Origin: an uncultured Pseudomonadota bacterium
Lineage (GTDB): Bacteria; Pseudomonadota; Alphaproteobacteria; Rs-D84
Reading direction: 5' to 3'
Assembly: GCA_902787665.1 (NCBI GenBank)
Contig: CADAHF010000001.1
Coordinates: 68,757 to 112,781, forward strand
DNA length: 44,025 nt
Shown here: one piece after another, positions 38,037 through 44,025 of the stretch
Position numbering within the stretch: position 1 is the first letter of the stretch
Layout of the letters: each line of letters starts with the position of its first letter
Notes under the pieces: generated by a model
What the model saw: only the letters and a program-made list of their open reading frames with translations
Told to the model about the DNA's origin: nothing
The model's database searches: none
Program-made: the position numbers and the translations under genes

Positions 38037-38477
38037 ATGGCAAAATTTAATATCATTTCTCAGTTTCTAAAGGACTTTTCATTTGAAAACCCAAATGTGC
38101 CGGAATTATTCTTTAAACAGGAAAACACCCAGGCAAAATTGGAAATCAATATTGATATCCAAATTAAGGGTTCTGAAAACAATTTATTCTTGGTTGATTT
38201 GATTACCAAGGTTCATTCGAAACTGGAAGCAAATGATAAAACAGTGTTCATGATTGAATCAACATATTCTGGTTTGGTTCAAATGGAAGAAGAAAAAGAC
38301 GAAGAAGCCAAAAAGCGCACTTTGTTGATTGATGTGCCGACATTGTTGTTCCCGGCGGTTCGCGCGCTTATTACCCGTGCGACATCGGAATCGGGATTGG
38401 CACCATTTGCGATGCAACCAGTTGACTTTGCAAAACTGTATGAACAGCGAAACGCAAAGAAAGAAGAAGCAAAATAA
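38037..38477 (+). CDS. secB: Protein export chaperone SecB
   Basis: QFLKDFSFENP, PTLLFPAVR, PVDFAKLY. Confidence 0.93.
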   Translation: MAKFNIISQFLKDFSFENPNVPELFFKQENTQAKLEINIDIQIKGSENNLFLVDLITKVHSKLEANDKTVFMIESTYSGLVQMEEEKDEEAKKRTLLIDVPTLLFPAVRALITRATSESGLAPFAMQPVDFAKLYEQRNAKKEEAK

Positions 38478-38478
38478 T

Positions 38479-38504
38479 AAAAACCGCCCGTTTGGGCGGT
38501 TTTT
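38479..38504 (+). terminator. secB terminator
   Basis: AAAAACCGCCC-gttt-GGGCGGTTTTT. Confidence 0.8.
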
Positions 38505-38511
38505 GATTTTC

Positions 38512-38604
38512 TGTCACCCCGGCGTAGGCCGGGGCCCACTGCTGCGCAGCAATAATCATTATTTGCCTGCGGCGCAATGGATACCGACCTGCGTCGGTAT
38601 GACA
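38512..38604. repeat. REP/RPE-like palindromic element (GTCA...TGAC type)
   Basis: TGTCACCCCGGCGTAGGCCGGGGCCCA ... TGGATACCGACCTGCGTCGGTATGACA, two inverted hairpin units around a palindromic spacer. Confidence 0.7.
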
Positions 38605-38608
38605 ATGA

Positions 38609-38731
38609 CTATCCCGTCGCTTCGCGCCATCCCTTCAACGATTGAAGGGGATTTCGGTATGATTCCAGAGAAAAAATCCCCTTCGTTAGACGAAGGGGTG
38701 GATTGTGAGCAAAGCGAACAAGACGGGGTAG
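38609..38731. repeat. Second REPIN-like element (CCCTTC..GAAGGG type)
   Basis: Ends CTATCCCGTC / GACGGGGTAG; two internal CCCTTC-N-GAAGGG hairpins in inverted arrangement. Confidence 0.6.
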
Positions 38732-38763
38732 AAAAAAAACACCGCCATCGGCGGTGGTCTTTT
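38732..38763 (-). terminator. glyQS terminator
   Basis: A8 then CACCGCC-atc-GGCGGTG. Confidence 0.75.
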
Positions 38764-40123
38764 ATTGTTTCACGATGTCCAAAACTTTGGTCGTGACATC
38801 GGCGATTGGAACACGCACCTGTTCCATTGTATCACGATAACGCAATGTGACGGTGCCGTCCTCAATTGTTTGGTGGTCAACCGTTATGCATACTGGTGTC
38901 CCAATTTCATCATGGCGGCGATAATTTTTACCGATGTTACCGCTGTTTTCCAATTCAATACGGCCAATGCCCAATTTGCGCAAATCATTTTCAATGTTGT
39001 TTGATATTTCCAATAATTCTGGGACGTTACGTGCCAATGGAATAACCGCAGCCTTTACCGGTGCCAACCATGGCTTTAATTTCAACACAACGCGTGATTT
39101 ACCGTCGCCCAGTTCTTCTTCGGTATATGCCTCAATCATAACAGCCAACATTGCACGGTTCACACCCATTGCCGTTTCAATGACATACGGAATAAAGTTT
39201 TCGCCAGTTTGCGCATCGGAATAAGACAATTTTGTTGTGCTGTCTTTGTTTTCCAGAACCTTTGCATGAATCTTGAATTCATCTTGTGATTTTGTGTGTG
39301 AACCCAAATCAAAATCTTGACGATTATGGACACCTTCGACTTCATCAAAGCCATCTGGGAAAGCATATTCAATATCGACTGCGGCTTTTGCATAGTGCGC
39401 CAATTTTTCGTGTGGCAAAAAACGCAATTTTTCAGCCGGTATTCCCAAAACATCAATCCACCACGCAAGACGTGTCGCCTTCCATTGTTCAAAATATTTT
39501 TCATCGTCCGCCGGATTTACAAAGTATTGCATTTCCGCCTGTTCAAATTCACGCATACGGAAAACAAAACCGCGTGGGGAAATTTCATTACGGAACGCTT
39601 TACCAATCTGGGCAATACCAAATGGCAATTTGTGCGGTTTCGCATCCAGCACATTTTTGAAATTAACGTAAGTCGTTGTTGCAGTTTCTGGACGCAAATA
39701 AGCATTTATTGCACCGTCAGCCATCGCACCAATGGACAACCCCATCATCAACTGATATGCACGTGGTTCGGTAATTTCGGTTGAACCACAGTTATCGCAT
39801 TTTGTCGGATCTTTCATTTTATCCTGGCGCATGCGGGTGCCGCACTTTTTACATTCAACCAGTGGATCGGAAAAAGAAGCCTCATGCCCAGAATATTTCC
39901 ACAACAAACGGTTTGATATTAATGCAGCGTCTAACCCTTCAATATCATTACGGGAATAAATCATGGCGTTCCACCACGCATTGCGGATGTTTTTCATCAA
40001 TTCAACACCATACGGACCATAATCATACGCACCACCCAAGCCACCATAAATTTCAGACCCGGTGAAAATAAACCCACGACGCTTGCACAATGCGACAATA
40101 TCATTAACACTTTTTGCTGGCAT
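38762..40123 (-). CDS. glyQS: Glycine--tRNA ligase, alpha2 homodimeric (eukaryote/archaea-like) type
   Basis: LCKRRGF, YDYGPYG, YLRPETA, IGKAFRNEI, FRMREFEQ, NIGKNYRRHDEIGTP. Confidence 0.96.
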   Translation of the reverse strand: MPAKSVNDIVALCKRRGFIFTGSEIYGGLGGAYDYGPYGVELMKNIRNAWWNAMIYSRNDIEGLDAALISNRLLWKYSGHEASFSDPLVECKKCGTRMRQDKMKDPTKCDNCGSTEITEPRAYQLMMGLSIGAMADGAINAYLRPETATTTYVNFKNVLDAKPHKLPFGIAQIGKAFRNEISPRGFVFRMREFEQAEMQYFVNPADDEKYFEQWKATRLAWWIDVLGIPAEKLRFLPHEKLAHYAKAAVDIEYAFPDGFDEVEGVHNRQDFDLGSHTKSQDEFKIHAKVLENKDSTTKLSYSDAQTGENFIPYVIETAMGVNRAMLAVMIEAYTEEELGDGKSRVVLKLKPWLAPVKAAVIPLARNVPELLEISNNIENDLRKLGIGRIELENSGNIGKNYRRHDEIGTPVCITVDHQTIEDGTVTLRYRDTMEQVRVPIADVTTKVLDIVKQ

Positions 40124-40218
40124 AATTTATATCTCCATTTAATTACGGGGTTATTCTATAACGAAAAACATATTTTGCAAGGGTAAATACAAATAAAACG
40201 GGGCATACGCCCCGAATT

Positions 40219-40395
40219 TTATTCGGCCTTTATTGCATTTACTGGACACATTGCTGCGCAAGTTCCACATGATACACATTTCGCTGGGTCAATGGCGCAT
40301 TTGCCGTCCGGTGTTGTTGTAATTGCACCCATTGGGCAAACGCCCGCACAAGTGTGACAACCAATACATTGTGATTTATCTATTTTATATGCCAT
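40219..40395 (-). CDS. 2[4Fe-4S] ferredoxin, clostridial type (58 aa; absent from ORF track)
   Basis: Manual translation MAYKIDKSQCIGCHTCAGVCPMGAI...CVSCGTCAAMCPVNAIKAE; two CxxCxxCxxxCP; AAGGA RBS. Confidence 0.95.
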   Translation of the reverse strand: MAYKIDKSQCIGCHTCAGVCPMGAITTTPDGKCAIDPAKCVSCGTCAAMCPVNAIKAE

Positions 40396-40410
40396 TTTAA
40401 TATCCTTTGA

Positions 40411-41133
40411 TTAATCGCGGTTAAGTAAACTTAAAATATACTGGAACATCGCGATGAACGAAATGTACAAATGCAACGCACCCAATACAGCCAACTGATT
40501 CTTTTGCGTTTCATCACCACCGATGTAATTATACGCATGCTTTAATGTTTGCATATCGTATGCGGTAAACAGTGCGAATATTAACACACCAAGCAAGCAT
40601 ACAATCATGCCAAATGTGCCACCAACCAATGACGGCCAAATGAAAGACGCAATTCCAACAAGAATAAGACCAATCATACCCATAAACAAGAACAGCCCCA
40701 AAAACGATAAATCTTTGATTGTTTTATATCCAAACATCGCCATGCATGCGAACATAACCGCCGCGATTATAAACGCAAACAAGATTGTCCATGGGTTATG
40801 AACCACCGCAACCAATAACAACGGCGTTAAAACGATTCCCATCATTATTGCGTACAGTGCCAATAACACACCGCCCATTACTGGTGTCATGCGAAATGCA
40901 CGAACCTGGGCCCAAATGGACAGTGCCAGTCCACCAAACAATAAAATATAATAAAATGCTGATAAACCTGTTGATGTAAACAATGCCGTCCACAGTGGTG
41001 TTGCCATGGTTAAGAAAGATGCAACCGCGGTTAATCCAACCGCACCACACATTATTGTGAACACGCGTTTAAGATATTTTGCCATACCGTCACCGCTTTT
41101 TGATACACGAACTGGTTTTCTGGACTGAATCAT
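40411..41133 (-). CDS. Bax inhibitor-1/YccA family membrane protein
   Basis: About seven TM segments, GYKTIKDLS, TAYDMQ.LK, GALHLYISF. Confidence 0.9.
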   Translation of the reverse strand: MIQSRKPVRVSKSGDGMAKYLKRVFTIMCGAVGLTAVASFLTMATPLWTALFTSTGLSAFYYILLFGGLALSIWAQVRAFRMTPVMGGVLLALYAIMMGIVLTPLLLVAVVHNPWTILFAFIIAAVMFACMAMFGYKTIKDLSFLGLFLFMGMIGLILVGIASFIWPSLVGGTFGMIVCLLGVLIFALFTAYDMQTLKHAYNYIGGDETQKNQLAVLGALHLYISFIAMFQYILSLLNRD

Positions 41134-41239
41134 AATTTTCTCCTTGTTGTTTCCATATTATATGATACAATTATATAATACAAAGCAACTATAAATTCAA
41201 TAGTAAAAAGAATAACAAAAATAAAAAAGGATGTATATT

Positions 41240-41623
41240 ATGTCAGAGCGCACACGTTCAAATCCAAACTGGGACAAAATACCAACTAAACTTGGTCCTA
41301 AAAACTCTAGTGACAGACAGAAAGATATTAAATTTCTTATAACCAGCATCAAGCAAAATGATGAAAAAATCAGAGAAGAAAAATCTTCTAAGATGCCCAA
41401 TGAAAAGAGAATTGCAAAATGTCAGGAAATTATTGACAGTTGCAAACAAACAATTCGCAGAGAAGTGCTTGCTATGGCATCGGCACATATGATACTGACA
41501 GCAATAATGAAAGAAGTCGACAAGGGTGATTATGAGGCTGCTTTAAAGAAATCTATGGAAATAAAAGATATTGCTGTCGATACATTTTTCACCGCAGCAC
41601 TTGCGAAAAAACAACGCGGGTAA
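41240..41623 (+). CDS. Hypothetical helical protein (AT-rich orphan)
   Basis: AAGG RBS about 9 nt before ATG 41240; Lys-rich; AGA codons unlike neighbours. Confidence 0.6.
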   Translation: MSERTRSNPNWDKIPTKLGPKNSSDRQKDIKFLITSIKQNDEKIREEKSSKMPNEKRIAKCQEIIDSCKQTIRREVLAMASAHMILTAIMKEVDKGDYEAALKKSMEIKDIAVDTFFTAALAKKQRG

Positions 41624-41629
41624 TCATCT

Positions 41630-42427
41630 GTGGCGATAGTAATTAATCCAATTTCACCAGTTGCATTCAGCCTGTTTGGGCTGAATGTGCGGTGGTATGC
41701 GCTGGCGTATATCGCCGGTTTTTTATTTGGTTATTGGTTGTTTCGTAAAATGTTGTCGTCCAAAAAGTCGCCTATTAAAATGGATAAAAAACAACTGGAC
41801 GATTTATTAACTGCTGTTATTTTGGGGGTGGTGATTGGCGGACGGTTGGGATATGTGCTGTTGTATGACCCGATTTTCTTTATTACGCATCCGTTGGAAA
41901 TTTTAGCGGTGTGGCATGGCGGAATGAGTTTTCATGGGGGGCTGGCCGGTGTATTAATTGCAACATGGTTGTTTGCGCGTAAAAATAAAATTCGCACAAT
42001 GTCTGTGCTGGATATGATGTCAGTGGTCGCACCGATTGGACTTTTTTTTGGTCGTATTGCGAATTTTATTAATATGGAAATTATGGGGCGCGCAACAGAT
42101 GTTCCATGGGCAGTAGTGTTCCGTGGCGAAACACCAGTTCCGCGTCACCCAAGCCCAATTTATGAAGCGCTGGGCGAAGGGTTGTTTCTGTTTTTGTTAA
42201 TGGCAGCATTGTATCGGTGGACAAATTTGCGTAAATATCCGGGTGCATTGGCGGGTATTATGGGTATGGCGTATGCAGTTATTCGTATTTTCTGTGAACA
42301 ATTTCGTATGCCCGATGCACAAATCGGTTTCTTAACTTCATGGGGTTTAACGATGGGAATGTTGCTGTCGGGGATAATGTTTATTGCAGGTGTGGTAATT
42401 TTTGCATTTGCATTTAAGAAAAAATAA
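41630..42427 (+). CDS. lgt: Prolipoprotein diacylglyceryl transferase
   Basis: VRWYALAY, GGRLGYVL, GGMSFHGG, GRIANFIN.E, RHPSPIYE, EQFRMPD. Confidence 0.96.
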   Translation: MAIVINPISPVAFSLFGLNVRWYALAYIAGFLFGYWLFRKMLSSKKSPIKMDKKQLDDLLTAVILGVVIGGRLGYVLLYDPIFFITHPLEILAVWHGGMSFHGGLAGVLIATWLFARKNKIRTMSVLDMMSVVAPIGLFFGRIANFINMEIMGRATDVPWAVVFRGETPVPRHPSPIYEALGEGLFLFLLMAALYRWTNLRKYPGALAGIMGMAYAVIRIFCEQFRMPDAQIGFLTSWGLTMGMLLSGIMFIAGVVIFAFAFKKK

Positions 42428-42442
42428 AACGGGGGTGTCAAT

Positions 42443-42754
42443 ATGGCTATGATTTATTGTCGTGAATGTGGTCGTCGTTATTCTGATCGGGCGCTGGCGT
42501 GTCCAAAATGTGGCTATCGCGAATTCGATTTATCTAAATCAGTCGCGGTATACCTGATACTGTGCTGGTTTTTCGGCGTAATCGGCGTTCATCGTTTTTA
42601 TGCGGGTAAAATTGGTACTGGTTTTTGTATGTTGGTGTTAAGTTGTACAATTTTTGGTATGATTATAACTGTACCATGGGCATTGATTGATTTTATTGTT
42701 GGTGTGTGTAATATATCAACCCCACAAAATATATTTGCGTTTAAGAAAAAATAA
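42443..42754 (+). CDS. Zinc-ribbon + TM2 domain membrane protein
   Basis: CRECG..CPKCG; GVIGVHRFYAGK; WALIDF. Confidence 0.88.
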   Translation: MAMIYCRECGRRYSDRALACPKCGYREFDLSKSVAVYLILCWFFGVIGVHRFYAGKIGTGFCMLVLSCTIFGMIITVPWALIDFIVGVCNISTPQNIFAFKKK

Positions 42755-42775
42755 ATATAGAATAGGCGCAGTGCA

Positions 42776-42835
42776 AAGGCGAAAACCATGGGTGACCCTG
42801 GTTGAGATAGCCGTTGGTTTGAAAAGACCGGCGGA
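42776..42835 (+). ncRNA. Putative structured RNA with two GNRA-capped hairpins, upstream of tRNA-Ser
   Basis: AACCATGG-GTGA-CCCTGGTT and CCGTTGGTTT-GAAA-AGACCGGCGG; family not identified. Confidence 0.35.
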
Positions 42836-42851
42836 AAAATGAAAAAGTTTA

Positions 42852-42941
42852 GGATGGTTGGCAGAGCGGTCGAATGCGACGGTCTTGAAAACCGCTGACG
42901 GGGTAACTCGTCCGGGGGTTCGAATCCCTCACCATCCGCCA
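42852..42941 (+). tRNA. tRNA-Ser (TGA)
   Basis: Acceptor GGATGGT/ACCATCC, loop CTTGAAA, long variable arm, G73 discriminator, encoded CCA. Confidence 0.95.
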
Positions 42942-42944
42942 GTT

Positions 42945-42977
42945 AAATAAAACCCGGGTTAGTCCCGGGTTTTATTT
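42945..42977 (+). terminator. tRNA-Ser terminator
   Basis: AAATAAAACCCGGG-ttagt-CCCGGGTTTTATTT. Confidence 0.85.
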
Positions 42978-43098
42978 AATGTGTGGGTGTATAGGGTTGG
43001 ACACAGCAACAAAGTTGCCGAGTTCGAAAACAAGTAGATTTGGCAAACATAGTGCAGCCAAATCGTTACGGTTTGCCCACAGGCACAAAGTGCCGAGG

Positions 43099-43120
43099 GA
43101 ATCCCTCACCATCCGCCAGT
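43099..43120 (+). repeat. 22-bp direct repeat of the tRNA-Ser 3' end (copy of 42922-42943)
   Basis: GAATCCCTCACCATCCGCCAGT identical at both sites, 177 bp apart. Confidence 0.9.
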
Positions 43121-43133
43121 AAATTATAATCTT

Positions 43134-43159
43134 AAACCGCCCAAACGGGCGGTGTTTTT
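43134..43159. terminator. Terminator between the repeat and the LRR gene
   Basis: ACCGCCC-aaac-GGGCGGT followed by T-tract. Confidence 0.75.
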
Positions 43160-43166
43160 ATTGTTT

Positions 43167-44025
43167 TTATCTGCTGTTGTCGGAAACGGTTTTGTTCTGC
43201 ATTTTTTTGGTTGTTTTTTTCAATACTTTTTTCTCTGCATTTTTTAGTTTCTGTATCTTGCTATTATTTTTTGCTACTAACAATTTTTGAGCCAACCAAC
43301 CGTATTCTTTGGGCAGATTTATTGATGTTAAACCTTCGTTGCACCACAAGAAGTTATCACCAATTTCTTTAACGTTTGGTAAATCTATCGATGTTAAGCT
43401 GTGGTTGCACCACAAGAAGTTATCACCAATTTCTTTAACGTTTGGTAAATCTATTGATGTTAAACCTTCGTTGCAAAACAAGAAGTTATAATCAATTTCT
43501 TTGACATTTGGTAAATCTATCGATATTAAATCTTTGTTGTCTGACAAGAAGCGCGCACCAATTTTTTCAACGTTTGGTAAATCTATCGATGTTAAATCTT
43601 TGTTACCTGACAAGAATTCGTTACCAATTTCTTTGACGTTTGGTAAATCTATTGATGTTAAATCTTCGTTGAATGCCAAGAAGAATTCACCAATTTTTTC
43701 AACGTTTGGTAAATCTATTGATGTTAAACTTTTGTTTTGTGACAAGAAGCCGCCACCAATTTCCTTGACATTTGGTAAATTTATCGATTTCAAGGCATGA
43801 TAGTCGTGCTCCAAGAACTCATCACGAATATATTCAACGTTTGGCAAGTTTATTGATGATAAACATGTGTTGTGTAACAAGAAACATTTACCAATTTCTT
43901 TAACGTTTGGTAAATCTATAGATGTTAAACCTTTGTTGTGTAACAAGAAGTCATCATCAATTTCTTTGACGTTTGGTAAATCTATTGATGTTAAATCTTC
44001 GTTGCAAAACAAGATTTTTCTACCA
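43167..44025 (-). CDS. BspA/TpLRR-like leucine-rich repeat protein, 3' part (frame open to window edge)
   Basis: At least ten 22-aa repeats LTSIDLPNVKEIGxxFLxxNxx; Lys-rich C-terminal tail. Confidence 0.9.
   Translation of the reverse strand, partial: GRKILFCNEDLTSIDLPNVKEIDDDFLLHNKGLTSIDLPNVKEIGKCFLLHNTCLSSINLPNVEYIRDEFLEHDYHALKSINLPNVKEIGGGFLSQNKSLTSIDLPNVEKIGEFFLAFNEDLTSIDLPNVKEIGNEFLSGNKDLTSIDLPNVEKIGARFLSDNKDLISIDLPNVKEIDYNFLFCNEGLTSIDLPNVKEIGDNFLWCNHSLTSIDLPNVKEIGDNFLWCNEGLTSINLPKEYGWLAQKLLVAKNNSKIQKLKNAEKKVLKKTTKKMQNKTVSDNSR

Noticed and set aside
38279-38796. ORFs of 108-155 aa across the secB-glyQS gap
   Set aside because: They are translations of GC-rich palindromic repeats, cross terminators and overlap secB.
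42852-42941. Selenocysteine or suppressor tRNA, given the long arm and TGA
   Set aside because: Anticodon TGA reads UCA (Ser); the 7-bp acceptor stem and G73 are those of a standard tRNA-Ser.
43300-44025. Regular repeats with variable intervals resembling a CRISPR array
   Set aside because: The period is 66 bp (one unit 69 bp), in frame, and encodes LRR units; the intervals are mutually similar and no cas genes are present.
43300-44025. Diversity-generating retroelement TR/VR pair
   Set aside because: No reverse transcriptase in the window, and I could not see adenine-specific differences against a non-coding template.

Overview
This is a gene-dense bacterial chromosomal window, most consistent with an anaerobic/fermentative Alphaproteobacterium (secB divergent from mltA, olsB-olsA, IHF, Rickettsiales-style palindromic elements, plus LDH and a 2[4Fe-4S] ferredoxin). 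The Cys-rich secreted proteins resemble those of the gut-associated Rs-D84/'Enterousia'-like lineage, which is my inference only. Housekeeping content: rpoC 3' end, rpmF, plsX, ihfA, mraZ, hemW, proS, ldh, U32 peptidase, mnmE, ruvA, yebC, ruvC, dciA, mltA, secB, glyQS, lgt and three tRNAs (Arg-CCT, Thr-TGT, Ser-TGA). Accessory content: a glycan cluster, three beta-barrel OMPs, two large Cys-containing secreted proteins, several orphans and a variable LRR protein. The top finding is a candidate 480-bp shufflon-like invertible segment (7269-7748) bounded by 16/17-bp inverted repeats that both encode EAKEWL in frame. Inversion would swap the 10-Cys C-terminal domain of a 752-aa secreted protein for a silent 12-aa tail stored on the opposite strand. 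No recombinase is present in the window, and inversion is not demonstrated. Other notable items are a 22-bp duplication of the tRNA-Ser 3' end around a structured spacer, an unannotated two-GNRA-hairpin RNA, a nucleotidyltransferase pseudogene, and a shared terminal motif on the glycosyltransferases.
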